A stretch of DNA of 64,000 bases from a virus, in IMG/VR virus record IMGVR_UViG_3300034101_003479, positions 21,871-85,870 of that record. One strand, given 5' to 3'. This document shows, piece after piece, positions 47,695 to 58,170 of the stretch. The notes beneath the pieces were generated by a model. The model saw only the letters and a list, made by a program, of their open reading frames with translations. It was not told where the DNA came from and searched no databases. The translations under genes and the position numbers were made by a program. How positions within the stretch are numbered: the stretch's first letter is position 1; the number at the start of each line of letters is the position of its first letter.

Positions 47695-49281
47695 TTAGGC
47701 AGTCGTTCTTCCTTCACCTTTTGGATTTCTGGCCTCCCCAGAAATATCGGGGGAATTAGAGGATCTTTCCTGGGTTCTTTGTCTTGAGTTTCCAGCCTGG
47801 GCTCTTTGTTCTGCTGCAGCCTGTGGCTTTAATTCTACAACCTCGTCTCCGCCATCCATAGGAATCATTCCTTTTCTAATTCTTACTTCATTTGGAGTGA
47901 TTACCTGCATTCTTAAATATCTTTCGTCAATCTTAGACTGGGTATCTTCATCGGTTAAAGTTAATTCGTTAAACTTAAGCAATAACGCATCTGTTTTTTC
48001 TAATATTATTCTGTTGATTTTCTTTTCTAGAATATCTTGGGCTGGTCTGCATACCTGCTCTTTAAATGTCTTGTCTGCGTCTCTAGCAGAAGCCAAGCTT
48101 ATTCCTTCTGGGACACCAATTTTATTAATTGGAACTCTGTGTGCTAATAGTATTTCATCTCTATTTGATTTGCGATATTTTTCAAATGAGCCTTCTTGAT
48201 TTCCAGCTTCAATTGGCTCCATCTTAAATTCAACCTTAGAGTCCGAGGTGTCTGGGGGTAGGGGGACATACAGGGATCTGTGATTTTTACCTTTTAGTCC
48301 AACTTGGAAAAACTCAAGAAGCTTTCTTTCTGACTCTGGAGATAGCTTTGCTCCCTTTACTGTAATTATATATCTTGGGACCGCTTTATTTTCAAAGTAG
48401 TCTAAGTTATATTTTCCAGAAAATTCATTTCCAGCCATTGCTGTCTGAGCTGCAATGATATCTGGTATTCCATAATAGTTATTCATTGGTGTATACTTTT
48501 TTAAATGAATAATTTCATTTGGTCTTTCTAATCCACCATCAATTGGATTTGGAGTTTCTTGATCTCCAAAGTTACGGAAGTATACTGCCTTTCCGTAAAG
48601 CAATTGAATAAATCCATCACGCAATCTGCGAACACGCATTGTTTTAGATGGGATATGGCCTATGTATCCAATATTTCCAGCAACCGTTCTTCCTATTTCA
48701 ATATAGGCGTTTCCAGTTGCCTCTAGGTCTGTATATGCTTTAATTAGTGTTTCTGTAAAAGTTTCTTCTTCGTTCGTTTCCTCAAGCCAATTGTCTAAAT
48801 CTTGTCTTAGCTTGTTTAATTTTTTGCGAGCACGTTCTAGCTGCTTTGTATCAGATATGCTATCTAATGCATCATTTGCTTTTTTTGTTTCTACAAAAGA
48901 ATATCCTAGTCCAACAATATTAGCAACCTTTGCATTAATCGCTGCGTAGTTGTACGGTGATATCTCATAAATTTTTGATAAGTACTCTAGGTTATAAACT
49001 GGCTGAACAAGGTCAAACATAGCGTAGCCAGTAACCGCTTGCTGTAATAGGTTTTGCTGTGTTCCAGTTCCTTCTTGTCCAACAAGTCTCTTTTGAATAT
49101 CTCTTGAAACTTTTCTACGAAATGTTGTGCTAAGACCGCTTACCTTTTTTAACTCTTGTGCCTCTATGTTAAATGGGTCTGTGTCCACCACCACTTCTTT
49201 ATTGTTAAACTTAAACCAATCGGCTGAATTTGATATGTCAATAGTCTCTGGGCTTACGTCGTCATCGTTAATGAATTCCAT
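47695..49281 (-). CDS. portal protein
   Basis: DLEATGNAYIEI, NEIIHLK...YYGIP, ILLAHRVP, ITPNEVR. Confidence 0.92.
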   Translation of the reverse strand: MEFINDDDVSPETIDISNSADWFKFNNKEVVVDTDPFNIEAQELKKVSGLSTTFRRKVSRDIQKRLVGQEGTGTQQNLLQQAVTGYAMFDLVQPVYNLEYLSKIYEISPYNYAAINAKVANIVGLGYSFVETKKANDALDSISDTKQLERARKKLNKLRQDLDNWLEETNEEETFTETLIKAYTDLEATGNAYIEIGRTVAGNIGYIGHIPSKTMRVRRLRDGFIQLLYGKAVYFRNFGDQETPNPIDGGLERPNEIIHLKKYTPMNNYYGIPDIIAAQTAMAGNEFSGKYNLDYFENKAVPRYIITVKGAKLSPESERKLLEFFQVGLKGKNHRSLYVPLPPDTSDSKVEFKMEPIEAGNQEGSFEKYRKSNRDEILLAHRVPINKIGVPEGISLASARDADKTFKEQVCRPAQDILEKKINRIILEKTDALLLKFNELTLTDEDTQSKIDERYLRMQVITPNEVRIRKGMIPMDGGDEVVELKPQAAAEQRAQAGNSRQRTQERSSNSPDISGEARNPKGEGRTTA

Positions 49282-49617
49282 TTATCTCATACCACCTTTT
49301 TTTAGAGAGTCTTTGTAGACTCCAATATCTAATGGATCTGGTGTAAGGCCCCACTCTAATCTTTGTTTTTGATGCTGAAATTCTTCATCATCAATTTTTC
49401 TACGACCTGCCAAAAACTTAGGCTGTCCTTCGTATATTCCGTGTGCTCTAACTGCATCCGCCAACAGGTTTATTTTTGATCGATTGCCCTTTTTTGCTGT
49501 GATGGATAAAAAGTTTCCATCGTCGTCGCCGATCCATCTTCCATCTGGCATTTCCCAGACATAGATTCCAAGGGTGGTCTCTTCTATTACCTGCTGATTA
49601 ATTCTTTTAATATCCAT
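49282..49617 (-). CDS. conserved-looking hypothetical protein upstream of portal
   Basis: 111 aa; promoter TGGACA-17 nt-TAAAAT at 49627-49655. Confidence 0.65.
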   Translation of the reverse strand: MDIKRINQQVIEETTLGIYVWEMPDGRWIGDDDGNFLSITAKKGNRSKINLLADAVRAHGIYEGQPKFLAGRRKIDDEEFQHQKQRLEWGLTPDPLDIGVYKDSLKKGGMR

Positions 49618-49680
49618 TGTGTATTAATTTTACCATTCTTTTTAGTTAATGTCCATATTTTGGCAAGACAATGTTCAATT

Positions 49681-51411
49681 TTATGAGTTTTGTAGCACGA
49701 TCCAGTCATTGTTATATATATTTACTGAATTTTCTGACAGGCTTAGTGTTGATCCACTAGATTGATATTTTGATTTTTCTGTGTACATCTCGTAGTGGCT
49801 TTGAGCCATGCCAGCCCCCAAGACATAATCATATATTGTTACATATTGATATAAGGACTTCTCAGAGCCCTCCTGCCTGTAATTAAATACGATCTGCTCG
49901 GTTATTGGGTTGGTGAGGGCCAGGACTACATGGTGCAAATCCTTTGGCTTAAATATATTCGATATTTGTGTTTCAGATGTCCTGTTTACCCCATTTACAT
50001 AAAGGCCAGATATGTTGTTTTTTGTAATGCTTCCATTGCTAGACCATCTAAATTCTGTACCCTCGGCTGAAAGTAAAGAACCGCTTGAAATTGTATTTGG
50101 GGTATAAAAAAATTCTATCGTGGATACAGATTTTGATGTATTGAGATTAAAGCCAGAGTCAGAATCAACCAGTATTCCATTTAAGCTATTATTACTTAAA
50201 ATAGGATAAGCTTCTTCCCCAAAGTTTGCATCTAAATCTTCAATTTTTGAAATATAGGATCCGCCATTTTTAGAGTACAGTATTTGGGTATTATAAAAAT
50301 TAACTTCTAGGCCATGCAACTTAGGCACATATTTTGATGAGTCTGATGAGCTGATAACGATTCTTATGTAAAAGAACTTTTGATCACTAAATTCTGCATA
50401 CTTAAATTGAGGTATTGGTTCTCCATTTTTGCATTCCAAATATGTTGTGTCGTCTAAACTTGTATAAACGCTAATTCCATTTTGACCGCTCCAAAATATT
50501 CTTGAAGAGTCCATTGTGATACCAGAAGGCATAGAAATTATATCGTTTAAAATAACTTCTTTTGTTTCCTGAGTGTTTGTTTTTGACAACTCTATATAGT
50601 TTTCAGACCTATTTAAGTTTAAATCTTCATTTAAAAAATACTCCCAAGATTTATCTTTGGGATATGAAAAAGAAAAAGAATTTCTCATTGTGTTGTCGTA
50701 TATATAAAAGATTTCTCCGCCGTCTGGATAGGCTACCTGTATAGGCATAACCTTGTTATTGTCTAAAAAGTGAGAGTATATCTGTCTTTCAGGCAATCCG
50801 TATCTATAAACTGCAACGTTATTAATTAAAAATTTATCAAGTATATTTTCTGTTGGGCCAGACTTTAAAGATATATCTGTATTTGTAAATGGATTAGAGG
50901 GCATTATTTTGCTAACACAAAGAATACCATCTACATAAATAAATGCTTTATTTACGCTGTATGTACAAACTATGTGCAATGACTTATTAAAATTTGGAAC
51001 TGAATACTCTAAGTAATCTGTGTCCAGTCCAAAAAATATGTTACCGTTATCCCAAAAAATTCCTATATTATTTTCTTTGTCCGCAACTATCGGTGTAAGG
51101 TTGTCTGTTTCTATTTGTGGTAATATCCAGCACTCTATTGAAAAGTCATTGTCGCCATCATTAATATTTGCAAACCCGCCTTTTGCTGTTTGGCCGTAAT
51201 AGTCTTTGTCTAAAGAAAATGTAATACTAGAAGAGGAAGTTACTTTTGAAGAGTACGAGCTGCCACTAACAATTGGATTCTTGTTGTCCTTTGGTCCTGA
51301 ATAGGATCCATTATTCTGGCAGCCAGAATAGTCTACTGCTGTTGTGGAGCTATCGTCTAGCTTCCAAAAGCCAATTGGGCTATCTTTAAGAACCTTGTAG
51401 TAGTATGACAT
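49681..51411 (-). CDS. LamG/concanavalin A-like domain virion protein
   Basis: DSPIGFWKLDD...DFSIECW...HIVCTY...IYVDG...INNVAVY. Confidence 0.75.
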   Translation of the reverse strand: MSYYYKVLKDSPIGFWKLDDSSTTAVDYSGCQNNGSYSGPKDNKNPIVSGSSYSSKVTSSSSITFSLDKDYYGQTAKGGFANINDGDNDFSIECWILPQIETDNLTPIVADKENNIGIFWDNGNIFFGLDTDYLEYSVPNFNKSLHIVCTYSVNKAFIYVDGILCVSKIMPSNPFTNTDISLKSGPTENILDKFLINNVAVYRYGLPERQIYSHFLDNNKVMPIQVAYPDGGEIFYIYDNTMRNSFSFSYPKDKSWEYFLNEDLNLNRSENYIELSKTNTQETKEVILNDIISMPSGITMDSSRIFWSGQNGISVYTSLDDTTYLECKNGEPIPQFKYAEFSDQKFFYIRIVISSSDSSKYVPKLHGLEVNFYNTQILYSKNGGSYISKIEDLDANFGEEAYPILSNNSLNGILVDSDSGFNLNTSKSVSTIEFFYTPNTISSGSLLSAEGTEFRWSSNGSITKNNISGLYVNGVNRTSETQISNIFKPKDLHHVVLALTNPITEQIVFNYRQEGSEKSLYQYVTIYDYVLGAGMAQSHYEMYTEKSKYQSSGSTLSLSENSVNIYNNDWIVLQNS

Positions 51412-51435
51412 TTAAAAATTATACCATTTGACGGG

Positions 51436-52134
51436 TTAGTATCCGCCCACGTGAAATGTCTGTCCAGTTAGACTGTTTGATTTTTGATCAATCAAGATAT
51501 CTACTACGTCACAGACGTCTTCTGTTGTAAATATCTTATTGCTCAATGTTTGTCCAGAGCCAAATAGTATTCTGTTAAATGTATCATCAGAAAGGTGCTT
51601 TGTCATCTCTGTCCTAATCATGCCTGGTGCTATGCAGTTTGCTCTAATTGATGTCTCTCTTAAAACCTTAGCCAAAGATCTTGTATAGCCCTTTACCGCA
51701 TATTTGCTTGCTGCGTAAACAGAAATTTCTGAATTTGAATGAGCAGCTAGGCTACTTATATTTATAACTGGTGTATGAACTTTTCTATTCATAAGAGGTA
51801 TAAATGCTTGACAGGTGTTTATAACACCAATAATATTTGTCCCAAACAATGATTGAATTTCTTCAGCTGACATCTTAGTCCAATCAGCAGTAAAGAAATC
51901 TTGTCCCAGCCCAGCACAATTTATTAAACCGCTAACCGTTATGCCTTGAGATTTTATTTCATTTGCAATTTCGTTAATTGCTTTTTTATCTGAGACGTCT
52001 GCTTGATAGGTTTTAAACGGTGAACCGCTTTTTGGTATGTTTCTAGATATTCCTGAAACTTCGTATCCATTCTTTAAAAGCCTATTAACAATTGCATTGC
52101 CCATACCACTGCTAGACCCTGTAACTATAAACAT
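51436..52134 (-). CDS. short-chain dehydrogenase/reductase (SDR)
   Basis: TGSSSGMG, INCAG, NISS, YAASK, NCIAPGMIRT, VGGY. Confidence 0.92.
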   Translation of the reverse strand: MFIVTGSSSGMGNAIVNRLLKNGYEVSGISRNIPKSGSPFKTYQADVSDKKAINEIANEIKSQGITVSGLINCAGLGQDFFTADWTKMSAEEIQSLFGTNIIGVINTCQAFIPLMNRKVHTPVINISSLAAHSNSEISVYAASKYAVKGYTRSLAKVLRETSIRANCIAPGMIRTEMTKHLSDDTFNRILFGSGQTLSNKIFTTEDVCDVVDILIDQKSNSLTGQTFHVGGY

Positions 52135-52787
52135 TATTCTGTCCCGTCTGAGTAGTATGCGTTTTTTCTATTGTGGTACCAGTTTGGCAAAGAGTATCTT
52201 GTTCCGCTTGTAACTGCGTCTACTTCATGAACGTATACAAAATTTGAAGGGAAAAACAGCAGGCTTCCAGCTTCTGGCTTGATGTCTATGCCTGCGTGAG
52301 GGAATCTAATATTTCCACCTTCATAATCATTATTTAAATACAAAAGAGCAGACAAGACTCTACTACTTATTCCATGATCAGAATGTGCTGGCAGGAATCC
52401 ACTTTCTTTATACTTTAAAAGATGCATTGTTTTTTCTCTAGACTTAATATTCTTTTCTGCGTATGGGTATAAAGAGAAATAATGCTGCAGACCTTTTTCT
52501 AGTCCATCGAAAAGGATTGAAGATATTTCAAATTGTTCTTGGTAAAACAAATCTGTTTTTTGAATGTCTTCTGGCTTTGGTAAAAACTTTTGCCAACAGA
52601 AAACTGTTTTTTCTTTATTACCATGGTCATAGTCCCATGCCTGCCATGGCTTTACAGATTCAGATCTATAGGAATCAGCATTACTTCTTTTTTCTTCTAG
52701 GTCTTCTATTTTGTTAATTAAATCTGCTGGGTTATCTATTATGTTTTTATAATAAACTGCCCCTAAAGCTAATTCTTCGTAATTCAT
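52134..52787 (-). CDS. prolyl-4-hydroxylase-like 2OG-Fe(II) oxygenase
   Basis: PAHSD...LYLNNDYEGG...FPSNFVYVHEV...GTRYS. Confidence 0.9.
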   Translation of the reverse strand: MNYEELALGAVYYKNIIDNPADLINKIEDLEEKRSNADSYRSESVKPWQAWDYDHGNKEKTVFCWQKFLPKPEDIQKTDLFYQEQFEISSILFDGLEKGLQHYFSLYPYAEKNIKSREKTMHLLKYKESGFLPAHSDHGISSRVLSALLYLNNDYEGGNIRFPHAGIDIKPEAGSLLFFPSNFVYVHEVDAVTSGTRYSLPNWYHNRKNAYYSDGTE

Positions 52788-53330
52788 TTAGCACCCCTCA
52801 AAATCTGGATCCATGAACTCTTTTTTTGTAGATTGCATATAAAGAGCCGTGAATCTATTACCACTTGTTATTTCTTTTACCCCGTGAATATAGTTAAAAC
52901 TATTGCCTGGGAAAAATATTGCTGAGTATTTCTTTGGCCTGTGCTCAAAAGATTGTCTTGGAAAATAAATCTCTCCGCCTTCATATTCATCATTTAAATA
53001 TATCACAGCGCTGTATTCGATAAAAGGCTCTTTTTCTATCGCATCAATATGTGGTGCTCCACTTTGGCCAGGATTCCAGAATGAACCAAAAGCTTTTGTA
53101 ACAATTACATCTTTTTCTAATTCAAAAAATTCTTTCTGTATCCTATTTGCATCGACTGCATATTTCTTTAATAGCGACATAACTGTTTTGTTATAAGGGA
53201 AGGCAGTACCGCCGTTTCTATCTTTATAGTATGATGGATACTCGTTTATCTCTGACGGCCTCTTCATCTCATTGATTAAAACATTTGCGTCTTCTTCTGT
53301 TATAAAGTCTTCTACTATTTTTATTAACAT
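52788..53330 (-). CDS. prolyl-4-hydroxylase-like 2OG-Fe(II) oxygenase
   Basis: PHID...IYLNDEYEGGEIYF...YIHGV...GNRFT. Confidence 0.9.
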   Translation of the reverse strand: MLIKIVEDFITEEDANVLINEMKRPSEINEYPSYYKDRNGGTAFPYNKTVMSLLKKYAVDANRIQKEFFELEKDVIVTKAFGSFWNPGQSGAPHIDAIEKEPFIEYSAVIYLNDEYEGGEIYFPRQSFEHRPKKYSAIFFPGNSFNYIHGVKEITSGNRFTALYMQSTKKEFMDPDFEGC

Positions 53331-54148
53331 TACCTAAGCTCCTTAACTTTATTAATATATCTTAAGCCGCCAATTTTATCAGTTTGAGATTGAGCTGGGT
53401 CATACGCAACATCGTTATCTTCAAACGGCAATTGCTCTATGTCTAAGCCAAAATGCTTTTTGACCTCATCCTTATACAGATCAACAAATTTATTATAATT
53501 ATGGTTTAAAGAAAACGGTGTATATTCTTTTTCTAGATCAGATCTATGTATAGATAAATACTCGTCTGGGAAGTTATACATCTTTATACCATTATTTATC
53601 ATATCTATCGAGATAGACTCTTCTTCTCCATTATATTTTAAGTATTTAGGATACTCTATCTTTTTAAAATCTTCAGTAAGTCCAAATAGAAAATTTCTAT
53701 CTATATATTTTATCTCATTAAACTCTTTTGATGGTGTTCTTGTTGCTGATAAATGGAACCAGTTCTTATTCTTTAACGAGACAGTAGAGTTTCCAGTTAG
53801 AATTGAATTTTTATTCTTTGATATGAAATCTATTGCATATTCGTCCCAATTTTGTATTAAGCTCAAGTCATCTTCAACCTGCATATAATATGTTTTATTT
53901 AAAATATTTAATGCCTGTTGCTTATACTCAATTGGGCTTTTAATTGAGTCCCATTTAACATAGTTGTATGAAGTAGAGTGATAAGATTCTGGCTCGGCAA
54001 AACCTCTTGTTCTATCCAAATTGTTTTGGTCTATGACATAGAAATACAAAATATTCTTTTTACTAGACTTTTCTTTTATTTCTTCTATTAAGTCTAATAG
54101 CTTTTTATTTTGATATGAGTATATACAAATTCCAATAGTGCTTGTCAC
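53330..54148 (-). CDS. divergent GlcNAc-transferase (GT60 / Skp1 hydroxyproline GlcNAc-transferase-like)
   Basis: TIGICIYSYQ (family TIFVSIASYR), YYMQVEDD..NWDE (family Y.LQIDSH...WD), NFLFG, YNGEE. Confidence 0.6.
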   Translation of the reverse strand: MTSTIGICIYSYQNKKLLDLIEEIKEKSSKKNILYFYVIDQNNLDRTRGFAEPESYHSTSYNYVKWDSIKSPIEYKQQALNILNKTYYMQVEDDLSLIQNWDEYAIDFISKNKNSILTGNSTVSLKNKNWFHLSATRTPSKEFNEIKYIDRNFLFGLTEDFKKIEYPKYLKYNGEEESISIDMINNGIKMYNFPDEYLSIHRSDLEKEYTPFSLNHNYNKFVDLYKDEVKKHFGLDIEQLPFEDNDVAYDPAQSQTDKIGGLRYINKVKELR

Positions 54149-54789
54149 AGCAATGGTATCCAGTGTTGTGGTTCTGCTTTATTGGCAATTAAGCTTTTTA
54201 GTGGAACTATATCGTACGCAATAGTTACTCTAGGGCCTTCCCAGTCCCAGTCTCCCATTGCATGTGGGTGTCCCATTTCCGAGATAATCATTCTGTTATT
54301 CTTGTTATGATTTTCTACTTTGTTTCCAAAAACGCTATAATACGTAGTTGAAGGCTCTGCATTTACCGAATAGTAACCGTGAAAATAGGGGGCATAAGGG
54401 CCACCGTGATCATGCCAATCAAGCTTGCCACTATGATTGTAATTAATATTAAACCAACCCTGGACCATGTATCTTTGCTCTTCAAAGTTGACACCATAGT
54501 ACTCACAGGCTTCTTTAATAGTTTCCGATATATTCTTATACAGCTTATAAATAGACTCATGATAAAACTGAAAAACATTGTACTCTCTCCATTTTATTGT
54601 CGACACGCTATCGGATGATAGCCAGTGATCTCTTGGCGTAACCTTTGTTATTCCAGACAACTTAAGGTTTTCCATGTTAGCATATTGATTTTGCAAAAAC
54701 TCTGCAAGCTCTGGGAGATCGTTGTCTAGGTATCTCTCAAAAAACTTATGTTCTTTGCCTGTTGGCTGGTTCATATACATATTTTCCAT
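54145..54789 (-). CDS. 2OG-Fe(II) oxygenase-like protein (TIGR02466-like)
   Basis: WFNIN...WHDH...HGYY...HPH...PRVTIAYDI. Confidence 0.75.
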   Translation of the reverse strand: MENMYMNQPTGKEHKFFERYLDNDLPELAEFLQNQYANMENLKLSGITKVTPRDHWLSSDSVSTIKWREYNVFQFYHESIYKLYKNISETIKEACEYYGVNFEEQRYMVQGWFNINYNHSGKLDWHDHGGPYAPYFHGYYSVNAEPSTTYYSVFGNKVENHNKNNRMIISEMGHPHAMGDWDWEGPRVTIAYDIVPLKSLIANKAEPQHWIPLL

Positions 54790-55548
54790 TTATATTTTCC
54801 CTCTATATTGTTTCCGTTGCCATATTATATTTTTATAATATGCATATATTAAAGATCTTCTTTTTTCGTCCTTGATTTGGTTTTGCTCTATATTGTCATT
54901 TGAATAATCTATTTCAAGAGACCATTCTTCTCTTTTAATAGGAATCATTTGAAATATAGGAGTTCCTTTAGGTATTATACCAATAAAGTTGCGTTTTAGG
55001 AAGAAGGACGTAAATACTGGGGTATGCCATAAATCTGAGTCTATGATTCCGCTCATTGTGGTAAATGGCAAGTCATGCCTATTTAACGGATGTGTTATTA
55101 ATAAAGAATATCCCTTTGGCGTTTCTGAGTACCAGTTAACCTTCCACCCATAATGCATTGGGTGATGTTGGGTGGGCACTGGGACATCTATCATCAATCT
55201 TTTATCTACTATCATATTATCGCCTTCCCAAGAAAGTACTGGGAAGCCATTCTTATCTTGACTTACATGAAGATCGTAGTCTAAGGTGTACATATATCCA
55301 GAAGTCAATGCATCAAAAAATGGCATACATAGCTTTGTCGAGGCTGCGCTTCCGTCGGTACCTCTGTCATTTACTGGGTATAGCTTGCTAATACTATTTG
55401 ATTTATGAAACTTAGATAGTTTTTTATACCAAGAAGGAATATGTCTTTTTGCTTCTTGTGGTTCATTAAAACAACTATAGTCTGTAAAGCTGTTTATGTC
55501 TGTAATGAAGGCTGGAGAGAACTTAACCCTTAGTTCTTTTTTTCTCAT
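54790..55548 (-). CDS. hypothetical protein, paralog of 56251..56982
   Basis: IPSWYK..TKLCMPFFDALTSGY..TPKGYSLLITHP..GIIDSD..GTPIFQMIPIKREEW. Confidence 0.7.
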   Translation of the reverse strand: MRKKELRVKFSPAFITDINSFTDYSCFNEPQEAKRHIPSWYKKLSKFHKSNSISKLYPVNDRGTDGSAASTKLCMPFFDALTSGYMYTLDYDLHVSQDKNGFPVLSWEGDNMIVDKRLMIDVPVPTQHHPMHYGWKVNWYSETPKGYSLLITHPLNRHDLPFTTMSGIIDSDLWHTPVFTSFFLKRNFIGIIPKGTPIFQMIPIKREEWSLEIDYSNDNIEQNQIKDEKRRSLIYAYYKNIIWQRKQYRGKI

Positions 55549-56254
55549 ACTCCCCTATAATTCTTTTAATTGTTTTCCTATCAGATTCTATTTGTATATC
55601 AAATAGGTAAGATCCTCTTTTTATTAAACCGCATATGTTATCTTCCATATGTTTATCAGATGTTGTAAAATAAAAATCAACAAAATTAGCTTCTTTTATT
55701 ATAACATTTTCATTTGTTTTTGTAAAATAATCTTCTTTTTCTATTGCTACAATAGAAGAATTTTCTAAGTTTGTTTTTACCGTATACTTTATATCCATGT
55801 CTAAAAACCATGGTATAAACATTTTAAAAACTCTATCGGACATAGGGTTTATTTTATCTATATTGTATATATTTGAAGATGGATAAAACTGTCTTAGCCA
55901 GCATTTATCCGTAGCATACAGCAAGCTATTTATTGGATTAGATTTAAATATTCCTTTGTGTCCCATCATTGGGTCTGCTATCTGTATTAATATGTCTGCA
56001 TAGTTACTATATCTTAAATAAATCTGAGTGTCTGAAATTTTTATAACTTCTGGTGGATCTGAAAAATTAGCAACATACATGTTGACTGGCTTAAGTATTG
56101 CTTTCTTGTATGCCTTATTGTTTTTTACACATGACCAATTTTTCCATTTTGGCAAAAGGTTAGAAAAATTAACTATTTGCTCAAAGCTCATGTTAGACAT
56201 CAAGCCCCAGGATTCTGACTCGAATGGGACCCTGTTAATTACTTTGGTGCTCAT
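55523..56254 (-). CDS. hypothetical protein
   Basis: 243-aa ORF overlapping its neighbours. Confidence 0.6.
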   Translation of the reverse strand: MSTKVINRVPFESESWGLMSNMSFEQIVNFSNLLPKWKNWSCVKNNKAYKKAILKPVNMYVANFSDPPEVIKISDTQIYLRYSNYADILIQIADPMMGHKGIFKSNPINSLLYATDKCWLRQFYPSSNIYNIDKINPMSDRVFKMFIPWFLDMDIKYTVKTNLENSSIVAIEKEDYFTKTNENVIIKEANFVDFYFTTSDKHMEDNICGLIKRGSYLFDIQIESDRKTIKRIIGEYEKKRTKG

Positions 56255-56982
56255 TTATATGTTTTCTTTTTCCAAAACTTCATCCTGTATCCATTTTGAA
56301 AAACTGATCTTACACCTAAGTTCTTTTCTTTTATCATAAAATCAGAATCTTTTTCTTTATTAATAGAGCTTTGCCAGTCATCTCTTTTAAATGGAATGAC
56401 CTGCATAATTGGAGTCCCCTGCTTAATAATTCCCTTAAATCCCTTTTTAACAAAAAAAGATAAATATCCATCAGAAGGATATTCGTCTGTATCTATTACC
56501 CCTGGGACCGCCTTGATAGGAGAATCTTCTCCGTGCATAGGAGCAACAAATAAAGAGCTGTATCCTGTTTCTGTTTGAACCAACCACATTGGGTGTATCC
56601 TCACAACCTCTGGGTGAAAGTAATCTGGTATCGGGTACTTGGCCATTTGTTCTTTTAAATGGTTTGCAACAAGGTGTTGCTGCATTCCCATTATATCCGA
56701 AGTTAGCTGAACATGTAGCTTTTCGCCTGTTGCATCTATTGATATGTCTGCTGGGCACTTTAGGTAGTAGCCGAATGTCATTGCATCAAATACCGACTGA
56801 CATTTTTTAACTGTAAGCATCATTGTTCCACTATAGACATTTTGATCATTATTTAAATGGCTTTCTTGTGACTTCCACCACTCTGGTATTGCCGATACGA
56901 CACTAACTGGCTCTGGAAATACCTTACTATATAGTCTAAATTTTGGAATAAACTCTATATTAATCATGAAAGCGGTATCCAT
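56251..56982 (-). CDS. hypothetical protein, paralog of 54790..55548
   Basis: IPEWWK..TVKKCQSVFDAMTFGY..TETGYSSLF..GVIDTD..GTPIMQVIPFKRDDW. Confidence 0.7.
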   Translation of the reverse strand: MDTAFMINIEFIPKFRLYSKVFPEPVSVVSAIPEWWKSQESHLNNDQNVYSGTMMLTVKKCQSVFDAMTFGYYLKCPADISIDATGEKLHVQLTSDIMGMQQHLVANHLKEQMAKYPIPDYFHPEVVRIHPMWLVQTETGYSSLFVAPMHGEDSPIKAVPGVIDTDEYPSDGYLSFFVKKGFKGIIKQGTPIMQVIPFKRDDWQSSINKEKDSDFMIKEKNLGVRSVFQNGYRMKFWKKKTYK

Positions 56983-57527
56983 TTCTGATAGTACTGTCTG
57001 TAGAGATACTCTAGGGGAGAAATATTAAAAGATAGCATTACGAAATCATTGCTTATTTGATTAAATAATATCTTTGCTGATGACTCCAGGAATATTAATT
57101 GTCCAGGTACTAGATCAACTTTTTCATCATTAATAAACATTTCATCGTTATTTGACGACAATATATAAAACCCTACAAATGTTGTTTTATAGTTTGGGGC
57201 AAAGTTTACATATGTATTTAATGGAACAGTTTCGTTTTTAACTATATTCCCTAATAGGTAAAAATAGTTTCTTTCAAAATTAACATTTGACTCTCTGCAA
57301 AATTCTTTTGCAATGTCGTTAATTTCTTTATACAGAATATGTATATTTCTACTATACATTGAAAAAAAGTTAAAGGTTCTATAATCAATTAGTGATACTT
57401 TTTTAGGCTTAAATCCAAGCTTTAGCCCAGGATTAAACTTGTACACATACTCATGCATTTCCGCAAGCATTCTATTGTATTCGGATAGCAAAGTTTTATT
57501 GTTTATGTTATTAATATTTTTTATCAT
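56964..57527 (-). CDS. degenerate 2OG-Fe(II) oxygenase-like protein (related to 54145..54789)
   Basis: FNFFSMY..IHILYKEI..GFY..SFNISPL..QKWIPL parallels YNVFQFY..IYKLYKNI..GYY..AYDIVPL..QHWIPL; His ligands missing. Confidence 0.5.
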   Translation of the reverse strand: MIKNINNINNKTLLSEYNRMLAEMHEYVYKFNPGLKLGFKPKKVSLIDYRTFNFFSMYSRNIHILYKEINDIAKEFCRESNVNFERNYFYLLGNIVKNETVPLNTYVNFAPNYKTTFVGFYILSSNNDEMFINDEKVDLVPGQLIFLESSAKILFNQISNDFVMLSFNISPLEYLYRQYYQKWIPLS

Positions 57528-58158
57528 TTGGCTCCCAAACGCTCATGGAATGAAACAGGGCAGGAAAAACAGGGTCTTTATATATTACTAAGTCTGCTGG
57601 CATATTTATCTGTGGCAGTTCTCCTGGAGTCATCCCGCCCTTAACTACCTTTTCTGCTTTTTTGCCAGTCAAGTTAAACCTTTTTTTGGCTGAAGCTGCT
57701 ACCATATTTAATCCGCTTAAAGCTACTGCTTGTGTGCCTTGGGTATATCCTGGACCAAGTCTAGGTAATATATTAAAAAAACTACACCATATTGGATAGC
57801 CAATAAGAGATAGAGACTCCATATATTTCTTTTTTCTATGAAGCGGGCTTGTATAAAACCTATCTGTTATTGCAGTATAATGATCTTTATCGTATCCGTC
57901 TATAATAATTGTAGCCCATGAAACTGGATAGTCATTATTAATAAATCCAGACATTACAATAGTGCCAGACTCGTTATCTGTATTTTTATACAAGCATTCT
58001 ATTGCTTGAGAATTACCTTTATCTGTAAATACAGTGTATTGAGCCCAGGTTCCTTCTATATACTTAGGATACCTTCTAAAGCTTGGTATAGGTTTTCCAT
58101 CAAAATATTTAGCACCAGAAATGCCCATTCTATGTGCTTTTTTTAATTTTTCAAACAA
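57511..58158 (-). CDS. possible GNAT-fold acyltransferase
   Basis: DRFYTSPLHRKKKYMESL resembles GNAT motif A (V.P.YR.KG); TTG start. Confidence 0.4.
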   Translation of the reverse strand: MFEKLKKAHRMGISGAKYFDGKPIPSFRRYPKYIEGTWAQYTVFTDKGNSQAIECLYKNTDNESGTIVMSGFINNDYPVSWATIIIDGYDKDHYTAITDRFYTSPLHRKKKYMESLSLIGYPIWCSFFNILPRLGPGYTQGTQAVALSGLNMVAASAKKRFNLTGKKAEKVVKGGMTPGELPQINMPADLVIYKDPVFPALFHSMSVWEPNDKKY

Positions 58159-58170
58159 GTTAATTCCTGA

